Below, in pieces: positions 33,030 through 46,225 of a stretch of 64,000 nt of DNA. The notes beneath the pieces were generated by a model. The model did not search any database and was not told the origin of the DNA. It was given only the letters and a program-made list of their open reading frames with translations. Position numbers and translations under genes: made by a program. The DNA lies in the NCBI RefSeq assembly GCF_009914755.1, contig NC_060947.1; one strand, 5' to 3'. Within the stretch, counting starts at the first letter, position 1. Each line of letters begins with the position of its first letter. The DNA is from the human T2T-CHM13v2.0 reference genome, Homo sapiens.

Positions 33030-33650
33030 GCTCGGCGGGGTGCCGGGTACATGCTCAGCTGAGGGTTTGGAGGGAAGACTGAGAAGGAAAAGGGGAGATA
33101 TCTACAGTGCCCAGAGATTCTCACCGAGGCAGGTCTGGGATCCGGGAAGGAAAGGAGAAAGGCAGGAATGAAGCGGGTGGGGGGACAGACTGGGGAGCAG
33201 TTTGATTTACGGCAATTAATTACAGCAAGGAGACTCTTTCGGGGTTTTGTTTAGGATCCGGTGGCCAGTATTTAATATTCAGCCACTGAACTATGCGCTC
33301 ATTTGTAGGTACTTACGGTAGTTGAAGGCCCGCTCCGATGTTGGAGATTCTCCAGTGAGCTCCTCCAGATGCAGCAAACTGCCCGGCATGAGAAGAGCTG
33401 TCTAAGGACAGCCTCTTCGGCTCTGAGCCCCGCCTTCCTCTCTCCCCCGCCCGCCTGCCGGCCCGCCCCAACCTCCTCCCCTCCCTGGGCCGGGCTCGGG
33501 GAGCCCACCTACACCAACTCTGCCTGGCACCTGCAGTCCTCTGACGACGGGGATTTCTACGCCCCTCCCAGCTCCCCGCCTCTCTCCGGACTCCCTGCAG
33601 AGGTTGCTGGAGCCAAATTCAGGCCCCTGCCCCCTCGCCTGTCTCTCAGA
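33030..33650 (-). promoter_or_regulatory. IGSF1: GC/CpG-rich IGSF1 promoter region
   Basis: Local CpG enrichment against a CpG-poor background, with several GC boxes (ccccgccc, cccgccc at ~33428-33470, ~33575). Confidence 0.75.
33317..33545 (-). other. IGSF1: IGSF1 non-coding first exon (5' end approximate)
   Basis: Consensus donor CC|GTAAGT (plus-strand acttac 33311-33316) at the edge of the GC/CpG-rich region. The TSS cannot be fixed from sequence. Confidence 0.7.
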
Positions 33651-33779
33651 GTTTCACTGGGTCACTGTATTCTGGGGGGGAGAAGGCCAGCTCTCAAGAA
33701 GATTTGTAGATCCTTCTCTCCAGCTCCCCAATACCTTTATCGGGATCTCAGATCTTCCCCTGCCCATTTTAACGCCCCA

Positions 33780-34215
33780 TTTATGCATAAACATCACCAC
33801 AGTTTAAGTGCCTACTATGTGCCCCTGGGCCCTGGGATCCATTATTTCTCATCTTCAGAGCAACTCTGCAAAATAAGTGTTACTCCCCTCAGTTTTACAG
33901 ATGAGGAAACGGAAACTCAGAGAGGGTTAAGTAACTTGGACAGCCTTCAAAGTCCATCTTGGGGTAAAAGCCCAGGCTTTAGAGACATACAAATGTATAT
34001 TTTAGTCCACATTTTACATTCAATAGTTGTGTGACCTCAAGCAAGTGAGTAAACTCTCTGAGTCCCAGGTTCCCCAACAGTAAAGTAAAAAACAAACAAA
34101 CAAACAAAAAACAGCAGAACCTATTTCACAAGGCCTCAATGGGATGATGTAAGTAAAACTCACAGCACAATAGGCCTAGCATATAGTAGGTGCTCAATAA
34201 ATGGTAGTGGTTGCT
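33780..34215. mobile_element. Pair of oppositely oriented MIRs upstream of the promoter
   Basis: ttttacagatgaggaaacggaaactcagagaggg (minus), then gtgtgacctcaagcaagt...gtaggtgctcaataaat (plus). Confidence 0.8.
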
Positions 34216-34500
34216 GCTGCTACCACTACTACTACTACTATTAATCTGTAAGCCCTTCCCCAAATGTCTTAGAGTAACATGATTTTAATAATATAGAGCA
34301 ACCTTTCACAAATGTTGATTATGAAAGACTTTTTATAATGATAATGTATGAATAAGACACTAATCAAAGCTCCTGATATATAACATATGATGAGATTAAA
34401 GTATAGCATCCAATGGGCTCACAGACTAATTGATAAGAAATATCAACATGATAGACTAATTGGCTAAAAAATAGACAAATTTTTCTTTATGTACATTTCC

Positions 34501-34764
<264 letters not shown>

Positions 34765-35730
34765 TTTTATGTACATTTTCTACCTGCATAAAAGATTTCA
34801 AATTATCTAATGAAAAACACTTTAATTCAAGAACAAACTGTGTAAAAATAAAGTAACAGCTCTTTTACAGCCAAATTGATTATCATATCTTCATGCATCA
34901 GGTGATATCAATTGTGGCTTCCATTATAAACTATAGATTATTGTGTAATGAATAGAATAGGCATATGAATAAAAAGATGTGTTTCTGGGCAAGTTATTTA
35001 GCCTCCAAGCCTCAGTTTTCTTATTTGTAAAATGGGGATAATAATTGCACTTACTACAATGAAGGGTTTGGGGTAGGATTGAATGGAAACCTTCCTGTAA
35101 GCCACCACATAGCACCTAGGACACAGCAAGCAGCCATTGATTCAACACAAATGTTAAGTACTTTCTTTGTGTCAGGGATTGTTCTAGATGCTGACAGTTC
35201 AGAAAGGATGACAGTTTCTCTTCTTAAGGAGTTTGTAGTCTAAGGATAAATCATACTAGAGAAGAAGTAGGAGGCAGCCAGAGAAGGAGGAGCCTTGAGA
35301 ATCAAAGAGGATTGCAATAGAAAAGATCATCAAGTAAGTCATGATAGTATGTGTTTGGATAATTGCAAGCACTTTGCTTGTACTGTGTGCCTAAACTAGG
35401 GAGCAGTAGCAGAGAAGGAGGGGAGGGTCAGAGTTCCCAAAACATTGAGAAGGCAACATTAGACAAACTTGATGGTTGTTTGGAAGACAACAGTAATAGT
35501 TATTATCTGTCAGGGTGAAAACATCCATGCCAATTTTCAAAACATTTACAGTATAGAAGAGCTTCAAGAAAGTGGAGCTTGAAGGATAGAGGTGAAGCAC
35601 CAAGGTTCACAGGGTGTTGTGGGAAGCCTTTCTCCATAAGCGAGTCTAATGTAAGATGATGATATTTTTTAAACCTAACTCTGTTTTATATATCCCAAAC
35701 AGGAGAAGCCCAGGGCAAACCTGATCCCTT

Positions 35731-35971
35731 CCCAGTGTTGTACTGATGTTGGCTAGCTCTGTATGGTTCAGGAGAACCCAATGTGCACATCTTATCTCAT
35801 CCCAGCATTCAATGACATAATGGTAGTAGCTTGAAAGTGGCCATGGTCAGAGAATTTTCACCACAGTCAGGGAATTTTCACAACTGAAGAAGTAAATGCT
35901 ACAAATCAAGTTTCTCCCAGCAACCTTCACATCTCTGGAGCTGTTTTTAAACATTTACTAGCAAACCACTT
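35731..35971 (+). mobile_element. MER63-like hAT DNA transposon
   Basis: ccagtgttgtactg...gtagcttgaaagtggccatgg...tgctacaaatca...taaacatttactagcaaaccact. Confidence 0.8.
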
Positions 35972-37822
35972 TTTTTCCAGTTTTATGTTTTAGGACAGTG
36001 ATTTTTACTGGGAAACAGGAAGGTTTCCAAACTGCTCAAGGATCCTGTTAAGTTTCATACACTCTCAAGAAAGTTATGAGCACTGTGCTCCATTCCCCTG
36101 TCCCCAACCTCACTACTCTAGTAAGCCATCTGAGGACTGTGTCAGATCTCTGGAGAGGTCTGTGCATTCAAAGTTTGACTGTGTGTTTTAGCATCCCACC
36201 CCACTCCTCAGCCAGTCCCAGGCCCCATCCCTTTCTGCAATGGAGAAGCAATGTGGAGTATACCAGTGAGGAACTCAGCTGGGACTAAGCAAGTGGCGTT
36301 CTGGGGCAGGGAGGAGGTCCAACCAGACAGATTAGGTTCCAACGGCAAGACCTGATGAGGAGGGGGTTAGGCTTTGGAGGTGGGGAGGTCAAAGCTGCAA
36401 AGGAAAGCTGGGGCCAACTCACAGAGCTTGAATTTCAACTTATCTTTTGTCAAGCACTTTAATTATTAAGGGCAGAGTTTGGGGCACTAAGTCATTTCCA
36501 GAAGCTATAACTGAGGGCATTTTCAGGAGTGTGCAGGAAGCTTCCTAGAATAAACCAAATTCAAGTGATGAATTAGAACTAAAACTTATTTAATCAAAAC
36601 ACTCATAGTGGGGCATTAGACATTAGATAGAGGCCTGGATGATCAGGCTTCTGGGTGCTTGTCACAAAGCAAACCAACAATGTGAATACCTAGGTGATTT
36701 TAACAAGTTTAATGGGTGGAGGGAGAAAATGAGGATTTTTGTGTGTGTGTTTCAGTGTTAGCAGAATCACAAAGTTCTTTTTGGTTTATGTACCATTTAC
36801 CAAAAAAGGTAATCTACTAGTCCACTGTCTCCAAATGACAATTCTCTTAGCATCACAATATGGCTTTTGTTTATACGAGGAACAGTGTGTATCTGAGTAC
36901 ATGGTGGGGGAGGGTGTTCAGAGACAGATATCCAAAATGCAGGAGAGCTCCGAAAGTGGGCTTCAAAGTGTTTCAGTATTCCCTTTTCCTGTGTTGGATG
37001 AAGTTGGTGGCTCCAGAATGAAAGGAGGTAGGCTCAGCCTCACTGCCTAGAGCAGGCAGGCACAGGTTCTATAAGCAGTTTAGGCCTGATCCAGGAAGGA
37101 TGCTTCCAGATACCAGTGCCAGGAAAGCCTTTTTCTGTCTCAGAGTCTGACTTGCCCCCAGTGTGTCCAAATTGTAGGCATTTGCATGGTGGGGCAGGGG
37201 TGGGAATGGGTGTGTTGTGGTGGGGGGATGGGGGGGGAGGGGGGAATGCCGCTTGGGAAGGCACAACTGGTCTCTCTAATATTTATTTACTCGTAATCAC
37301 TTGTCCAAAGGAAACTATAGAAGTCAATAATTTGGTTCTTTTATTCCTACGTATTGTATGATTAAACAATTATATGATTAAAATTAAGTAAAGATGGCTA
37401 AACTGCAAGAGCAACACAAATTAGCAATTTAAAAACTCATCATTGCAATATTACCAACTGTTTATAATCTGTTCCTAAAAACATCAGTTTACAGGCAATT
37501 ATTTAAATATACATGCATCTCTTCCAATTCTACTTGTTTTGTGATCTAGGATATGGTCAGACTTTCTGAAAGATTCATGTACCCTTGACAGAAGATGAGG
37601 AAATACTTTCTCCATAAAAGTCTGTTAAGTTCATATAATTGATTGCTTTCAGGTAGACAATACAAATTATTTTTTTTCTTAATCTATCATATTTCAATGT
37701 CTCCCTATCCAACTCATGCTTAATTATTATCTTGCTGTTTTCATTTTCTCCCTCCCGTTTATCCCTCCTTCATTCTTTCCCATTTTCCTTTTTGAACTTT
37801 CCTTATCATCCTTTCCCATGCA

Positions 37823-37825
<3 letters not shown>

Positions 37826-37866
<41 letters not shown>
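37826..37866. repeat. (TG)n microsatellite
   Basis: Directly visible. Confidence 0.97.
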
Positions 37867-37869
<3 letters not shown>

Positions 37870-38015
37870 GCTATAGATATACACACATAATAACAACTTG
37901 GTACAACCGTAAATTTTTACTTCCTTTTCCGCTAATCACCCTGGCAAAAACGCAATTAATTATAAAAATAAGATCTACACTCTCTTAAGAAATGTGGCTT
38001 TGAAAGTGAATTTAG

Positions 38016-38939
38016 TCACTTATCTCCGCGAGTATCTTCTCCCTGGGCTGCAGCTGTTTTCAGCAAAACCAATAGTTTGGGAGTTTTACTGACAAATGCC
38101 TTGAAGTCATCTTGACTACCAAAGATTTTCCTCTCATCTTGAAATAAGAAAGATAGCTTAGCTGAATGGTTCACATGGGGCTTCAAGCCCAGGAACTTCA
38201 ACTAGTAGATTTTGCTTCAAATTGGTCTCTCATCCACTGTTACTAAGGTATACTCAGGTGTCAGTCCTATATTTATCTTGTTGAAAATCACTTCTTTTTT
38301 GAGCAGCTTCTGAGACAATTTCTTTATCTTTCAAGTTTAAGAATTGTACAATAATATGCTTTGGACTTTTAGTATGAGAGATACATTTGAGTGGGAACTT
38401 ATAAATTTTCTCTGTATATAAGTCGAGATCTATGTTTAGCTCTGGGAAATTTTTATCAACAGTTTCCTTAATAATGGTTTCAAGGCTAATCTCTTTATTT
38501 TCTGCACCTTCAAGGATGCAAGATACATAAATATTGTACCACCTTGATGTGTTTTTGAGATCTATCATGTTTTCTTGCACCATGAAGAACTGTTTTCTTA
38601 GATGTTTTATCTTTTAAGACTGAAGCTCAATTTTGTCCTCATTTGTACTGATTCTCTCTTCCATGATATTTATTCAGCAATATTTCTTTCTTAGGGTTTC
38701 TTTCCATTCTTTGGCCTCACTAGTAGTGCCCCACAGTCTTTGCTGAGCTTTTTCTGTGTGCTTTTTAAAATGTCCACATGGTCTTGCATCAACGCCCTCA
38801 CCTCGGCCCTTTGTCTGGGTTCTGCCTGCTGCTCCTCCAGGACAGCCATATCTCCTGAATTCTCTGGGCTTCCTGGTTCCTCCTCAGCATCACAGTACTT
38901 ATTGGTTGCTACTAAACTTGTTTTTATCATTTTTCTCAT
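38016..38939 (-). mobile_element. Stand-alone L1 ORF1p-like relic (HAL1/ancient L1 type), disabled
   Basis: Three colinear ORF pieces carry ORF1p motifs: MEERISTNEDKI; DLKNTSRWYNIYVSCILEG; NFPEL; PKHIIVQFLNLKDKEIV; HSAKLSFLFQDERKIF. I saw no ORF2 following. Confidence 0.85.
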
Positions 38940-41900
38940 TCTAGATCAGGTAGGTTTCATTTTCTTTTTGTGCTACTCTCATAGCTGAGGTTTCCATTGG
39001 CTTTGTCAGTGTTCCCAAAGCCCAGCAATTTGGTTCGGAGCACAGCTGCTCCTTCTATCCTCTCCCCGAGAAGCTCAGGAGCTGAGGTCTTTTTATTGAA
39101 ATGCAAGACCTATTTTAAGCTGAAATCCTCAGAAATGCTATAGGAAATTAAGATATCATCAACTGATGTTCTCATCTAACAGGATTAGAAGTAAGAGCTT
39201 CATAACCTTACAGATAAGGTAAAGAAGTACATAAGTGCATAAATAAAAATAAACACACACATATAAATATGTAAGTGCACTAACTACCTGAATACATAAA
39301 TATACAAACACACAAAAGTAATATAAATGAACACACAAGTGCATAGACATAGAAATAAATATGAACGTAAAATGAGTCTCATATGTTCATAATATTTAGC
39401 TTCTGCCTGGCTGAGAGTTCACAGAATATGTTTGTGATTAAGCAACAAAGTATATCAGAATTATAAAGCAGGGAATGAGAGGAGTTTACCTACATGTTTC
39501 AGTGTTTGTGGAAAGGGATTTTGACTTAGTGTCGGGGGTCGAATTTCAGTCCTGGCAGAGCCACTTACTAGCTGGGTAATAGTGTGACATTTGGCAAGCT
39601 ACTGAAAGTTATTTGAGTCTCCATCTCCTCATCAGTCAAATGAGTATTCAATAACTGTGAGCTAAATCTGAATATAGAACTTTCTGTTTGCCTCATCCTA
39701 ATCATTACTTTTTAAATATATCTTTTTACAGTGAATATCTGGGATTTTGATTGGTGGGAGTGGAAATAGGACTTGATAGGGAGGGGGAACCTGAAAAGGT
39801 CCCAAATGGATACCATCTCAGTTCCCAGATTCTTTTTGAACAATTAAAGAGTAAATATTCCATTTGACTATACCCAAAGTATTATAGAAAGATGGAAAAA
39901 TACACTCTATCTTCAAGGTTATGAATTCGTGGGAGATATATTCATATTCACAGCTAAGGACGATATAATGCAGAACACAGTATGGAGCGTGAAACAAAGC
40001 ATTGTCATAACATAGAGAGGAGAGCATTTAATTCCAATTTGCAGTGCTTAGAAGTTCTTCGTTCAAGTCCCCCAGACTCAAGCATCTCTATCATTGAGCA
40101 TGGTGAGGTCACCTTTATGGCCTCCTGCTCCAAACCATCTGCTTCACCCACCTGATGTCTTCCTGGCATCCCACCATATGATTCACATCTTTGGGAATAC
40201 AGAGCAAGGAATCACAAAGTATTGTAGTGCATGGTGTGTGGAGATAGTGGCAGAAAATGAGGTTGGAGACCTGGACAGGAGCCAGAGCATTACAAACCAT
40301 GTGTGCCCTAATAGCACTTTTTAGTACAATTTCATATTTGTGCCAAATGAAAGGCCAGGTCATGATCTAGGTCCAAACAGAGGGCTTTTAACCAAGCAGA
40401 AAATGACCTTCTTTAGCTCCTAATGCTCTCCCTGATGTTAGTTATGCTATCCTGGGCACAGATCCTCAGGGACAGGACTCAGAGGCCACTTTCTGAGCTG
40501 ACAGTCCACCTGTTCCTCTAATTCAGTCTCCTAGTAGTTCAGGTTTCTGTTTCAAAAGAAAACAAAAACTGGAGATGGGACAGTTTACAATTAGAGTCAC
40601 ATGTATTAGACACCCATGTTTGAAAGTGTTGACCCTTTTCAAAGCTCTAATAATTTTTAAATCAGGCTCTGTCTTAGACTTCAATGTATCCAAGCAGATA
40701 ACGTTTAATGGGGTTTGTAGGAGAACATTTTAGAAGAGGAGATAGTGTGTAGGGAAAAGAAAATTGAAATTAGGTCTGGTAAATTCAAATGCAAAAGGTG
40801 ATTTAATCTGATTCTCATCTGTGTTCTCAGAAATACTCAGAATTCGTATGGAAAATTAGTATAAGCACCTAATAGGATTAACCTAATAAAAATTAGAACA
40901 GGTGCTTGGTATTTCTACATTCAAAACAACCGAAAAATAGTCTTTAGTGCTTGGAGTGCTTAGGAACTGTGAGATCTTAGGAAAATGGGATTTATGTATT
41001 CCTGCATTTATTCAAAAATATTAATTGCACACCTACTTTGTTTTCTAGTTCTGGAGATATATCAACAAAGAAAACAGAAAAAAAAACCATATATCCATCT
41101 ATAAATATTTGTCGTAGGTATCTGAGTAAATACATTTTCTAGTGTTTGAATATAAGGGGCTATTTTTATAACTCTACTGTTACTAAAGATACAGAACTGA
41201 CTTTTGCTCCAAACTATAACAACAAAATTCTTGGATGTCATTTAGCAATGTCTGGGATTGGTTTGGGTGTAGATGACTCTAAAGAGATTTTTGAATGGCC
41301 CTATCCAATTTTCTTTCCCTTAAGCCATTTGTTCAGAATCAAATGAGAAAGTAAGGCAGGAATGGTAGAAGTGTAGAAGAAAGCCCTTAGCATGTTTAAA
41401 AGGGGGTAGAGGAAAAGGCCATTTGGCATTAAATATCCTTTTGATTAGCTATGTGACCTTTACCTACAGAAAATTTCTTCTTAGTGTTTTTAGCAAGATC
41501 TTCAGAAACTTAGGATGGCATAATCCAGTTGAGGAATTGCAGTGCCAAGGAAATCTACTCTACAATTGTTGTTAGGCACCATGATGTTAAAAATACATAT
41601 TAACTAATGGAAATAGTGCTGGACACTAATTAAAGTATCCAAATGACTTTTCATTATTAATAACCCTGGATTTCAACAAGGAGCACTTGCTGTGGAAGTT
41701 CTGTGACTATCCTGGGCACAGTATGACAATATTTTAAAAATATGTACACCATGAAAGAATCCCACTTGAAATAGCTGTAAGATGGCACCAAAAAATTACC
41801 AAGTGGAACTTAGCATAGACTTAAAATGAGGTGGAAATTTATTCTTATGACTTCTATCTAAACTAAAAAGCAGTTTAAATTTTATATGCTTTGCAAAATA

Positions 41901-42708
41901 TATGGCAGACTTAATACCATATGCTTTCTTGAATTTCAAATGGTTAACTCCAATACTCACTTATTTAGCCAACCTTTATTAAATGCCCATTATAAACAAG
42001 GAACACTTAAATATTTGGTGGAATAAGATGGGCAAAGAATGGATGGAAGAATGGATGAAAGAATGCAAAACGCTCTAGGCATACATTAGCAGCTAAAAGA
42101 TTAACAAAATATTTTCACTGCCCTTCTAGTAACTAAAAGACTAGAAGAGGAGCAAAGACATGTAAGCAGATAAAAATAAAAATGTGCTAAAGTTTGATAA
42201 GAAAAGTGGAGAGAAAGTGGTCATGGAAGTTTAGCAAAGAGCAATATTCTCATCTGAGGGGATCAGCGAAAGCCTTGTGGGTAATGTCACATATGAACTG
42301 AAGTATGATTGGATTCATCTGGCAGCTGTAAATACTACATGGTTACTTCTCTGACAGTAGAGACTTATTCATCTGTGTATCTCCTGTGCCTAATACAGAA
42401 ATAATGCTAATAATAGTTAGTACTTATGAAGTGCTCACTATTTGCAAGGCATCACGTTGAGCATCTTACAAACATTGTCACATTTTCTTTCACAACACTC
42501 TGGAGCAGTGCTTATAACAATAGCAGTAGCAGCAGCAGGGGCAGCAGCAGCCACAAGAGCAAACAATATTTGTTGAATGCTAACTATGAGCCAGGCACCA
42601 GTTTAAGAACTTCCTATAGCTATTAGCATCCATTTCTTACAGATGAGATAACTGAGGCTCAAAGAGGTTAAGCAACTTGCCCAAGATAATACAAGCTAGT
42701 CAGAGGTA

Positions 42709-43008
42709 GACCGGGGGCAGTGGCTCACGACTGTAATCCCAGCAGTTTGGGAGGCCGAAGCGGGAGAATTACTTCAGTCCAGGAGTTCAAGACCAGCTTG
42801 GGCAACATAGCGAAACCCCGTCTCTACAAAAAATACAAAAATGAGCCGGGCGTGGTGGCGTGTGTCTATAGTCCCAGCTACTCATGAGGCTGAGGTGGGA
42901 GGATGGCTTGAACCTGGGAGGTCAAGACTGCAGTGAGCCATGTTCACACCACTGCACGCCAGCGTGAGAGACAGAGCAAGACCCTGTCTCAAAAAAAAAA
43001 GAAAACAT
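42709..43008 (+). mobile_element. AluJ inserted into a MIR; TSD tagtcagaggt
   Basis: AluJ diagnostics (ggcaacatagcgaaacccc, gaccctgtctc). Direct repeats at 42697-42707 and 43009-43019. MIR sequence continues on both sides. Confidence 0.94.
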
Positions 43009-43597
43009 TAGTCAGAGGTGGAGCTGTAATTTGAGCCCAGGTCATCTGATTCTAAAACCCATGTTATTGTGGCTCAATACCTGTTGCTTAGAATAAGTAA
43101 ATGAAAATGAAAAGAGGAAGAAAAAGAGATATTGTGAAGATAGAAACCATTGAATCTGCAAACTGTTGGGGGAGAAAGAGTAAGACCAAGAGCAAGACTG
43201 AAAGAGAGAGAGAGCGAGAAACTGTCACTGTATTTTCAGTCTAAGCTAAGAAATGTAAAGATTTTTCTCCTGTAAAAGACAAGCTCTCATATACTGGATT
43301 TTTAAAATTATTTTATAAAGTATTTGAGAAATGTTAAGATTTTTAAAAATATCTAGAGTAATATCCCGTAAAGGTTACCTAGAAAAAACTTCAAAGAAGA
43401 CACACAAAATGTACATGTTGGTTATTTTCTATGTAGTGAAGAATTATTGGAGGTGCTCTTTTTTCTTCATCCCTGTATTTTATATTGCTACAACAAATAA
43501 TTTATGATTAAAAAAACAAAATTTGAGAAGTTGGGTAACAATTTAGGGCAGAATTTTTAAATAATCAAAATTATTTGTTGTTAAGAAATACACAATA

Positions 43598-43925
43598 GGC
43601 CAGCACAGCGGCTCATGCCTGTAGTCTCAGCACTTTGGGAGGCTGAGGTGGGCAGATCTCTCAGGCCCAGGAGTTCAAGACCAGCCTGGCCAACATGGCG
43701 AAATACTGTCTGTACTAAAAATACAAAAATTAGCCTGGTGTGATGGCATGCACCTGTAGTCCCAGCTACTCGGAAGGCTGAGAGGCAGGAGGATCACTTG
43801 AACCCAGGAGGTTGAAGCTGCAGTGAGTGGAGATGGCACCAGTGCATTCCAGCCTGGGTGACAGAGAGAGGCTCTGTCTCAAAAACAGAAAAACAAAACA
43901 AAAACAAACAACAAACAACAAAAAG
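43598..43925 (+). mobile_element. AluJ-like element
   Basis: Dimeric Alu with a CAAA-rich tail. Confidence 0.94.
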
Positions 43926-45799
43926 ACACATTTAAATATTTAGAAATTTATGTTAAAATGAGAAAAAATACACTGGTTTGAATAGGTAAAGCAAAGCAGC
44001 AGAAAGAAAATGTATATCTATACAGTGTGTGTAAGTGAATAGTTTATAGTTCATATGATGAGTTACATTTCATATATACATATCATAATTTTAGAAATAA
44101 TTTTTTAAAATCACCAGAATAATAAAGTCTTTACTCTTCCTGTAGCACTTATTTCTGTTGATTTTCCTTCTTTTAGCACCAATGCTGCCTAACTGTCTTT
44201 CCTAAAGTTGCCATTTGCACCCAAAGAAACCCATTCCTAGTTTACATAACTGATCATATTACTGATAATATCATTTGAAGAGTTCACTTCTGCCCAACTT
44301 CTTAAATATCATCTTGAAATGATCACATCTTAATGTAATTACACTATTTTTACTGAGCTAACTAGCTGTTTAGTTGAATTGACTTGGATATTTGGTTAAA
44401 TGGAAAGTCGGTAGGGGACTTTTGAAGAGTCAGGTAAAGAGAATTGGACAAATGGGAGGCTAATTGCCCAAAAAAGGCCCAAATTGTGGGCCTCATATGA
44501 AAATATGGATTGCCATGGGAACCAAGGAAAAAGAAGAGGAAGAAGATAGTTATTAGCGTTTTTGAAATTGCTTTTAGTTCTGCTGTCCAATTTTCATTAG
44601 GTCAGATCTGATGGCTGTTATTATTTTTATTATAATTCTTTGTCTATGTATAGCACCATTGTTTCTTTTCCCCCAAAGTGCTCATAGATCCATTTTGCTC
44701 ATTTTCCTTCACAACAATGCTATTATGTAGAGCCTGGGTACATGGGGCCAATGCTTATTTTCTTAGCTAGCTTAGTGTACAGCACCTAATTGCAGAAAAA
44801 CAATCTGTTCAGAGGTAATAGTGCTTTTGGACTGAATGTTGATACGTCATATATAATATAGCCATTATAATTGATAATGGACATAACAGCCTTATGATAC
44901 TTTTGAAAGATGCTATGAATAGTATTCTTAGCAGCTATAAAGGACTAGGCATACATTGAGGAGAACTGGAAATATACTAATTATGTATCTGGATTGAGAA
45001 AGTTTTCTTTAAATTTGTGTTCCCTCAGAGTTTAGGGAGAGTAATAAAAGCAAACAACAATCTAAATTTTCTCTTAAAATGAGAAGACCATTCTGTGATT
45101 TTATAAATCTGTCACCTTATAACTTGAGGTCATCTGCTAGAAATCATTCATGTGGAAAACATCAACAGAGAGGTTTTTCTAAGACTCATGTTTATCACAA
45201 GGTAATAAGGTTAGATTGAATTTTTTAATGTAATTTTAATTTCAGCTCTAAATAATTTGTATCTTTTTCAACATTAAAAACACAAAAAGTACACATAAAC
45301 ACCAAGTAAGATCTAAAAATTTCCTGAAGTACATTAGCCACCCCATTTATATAACGAATATCTTCTTTGTTTGTGACCGTCTCAGCATTAAGCTAGATAA
45401 GTAGATGCAAAAACGAAGAGAGTTTGATTTGTGACGCTGTCCATTGCCCAGCAACGAGGGATTATGGTTGTTTTTGCAGCATTGCACCATTTTAGGAGGC
45501 TGGGGACAGTCTAGGCATATGCCACTTTTTTTCCACCTTGCCTGAAACAAACAGCAAAATGAAAAAATTTAATGTATTATTTATCAACAGGTTAAATTTG
45601 AGAACATTTACATTTTAAAGATGAATTATGAAAATCTAAATGTCCTTGAATGCTTAATTATCTGTGCCTTCTTTCTGAAAAAATTAATTATCAAAATGAA
45701 AACAGAACAAAATGGTACATTTACATGACTATAAAACTGATGAGAGTTATTCTCAAAAATCTCTGAAATAAGCTTAATAATGCATCAAAAATAATGTTT

Positions 45800-46225
45800 A
45801 AATGTTCACAAATATGGAACATAAATGTAAAATCCTGCATTTGGATCCCAAAATCACCAGATGCACAAGCAGAGGATGAGATGTGACTAAGTAGCAACAT
45901 GCGTAAAAAAGATTTAGGGGCTTTTAGGGACTGTAAGCTCAATATTATTCAGTTGTGTGTTGTGGCTGCATAGAAAACCAAATCCATCTTCATCTGCATT
46001 AGTAGAAAGATAGAGTCGGAAACAAGGGAGTGATAGTGCATCCCAGCTCTGTGCTTGGCAGACCTGTACTTGAAGTATTCAATGAAAATAGCAGGATGGG
46101 GGGAACATGTGGGTAGCAGCCAGAAGCTACAAGGCATCTAGAAGGGAGAAAGCAGGTTGCCTAAGAGTCTGGAAATCATTCTGGTGAGGGGCTGCTGAGA
46201 GACTTGGGCTTATTTACCCTGGAAA
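45800..46225 (+). mobile_element. L3/CR1 fragment
   Basis: aaatgtaaaatcctgcatttgg...aaaaagatttaggggctttt...tgttgtggctgc...gggcttatttaccctgga. Confidence 0.78.

Noticed and set aside
33369-34034. 221-aa plus-strand ORF
   Set aside because: Runs through the GC-rich promoter into a MIR (FTDEETETQRG); no coding signature.
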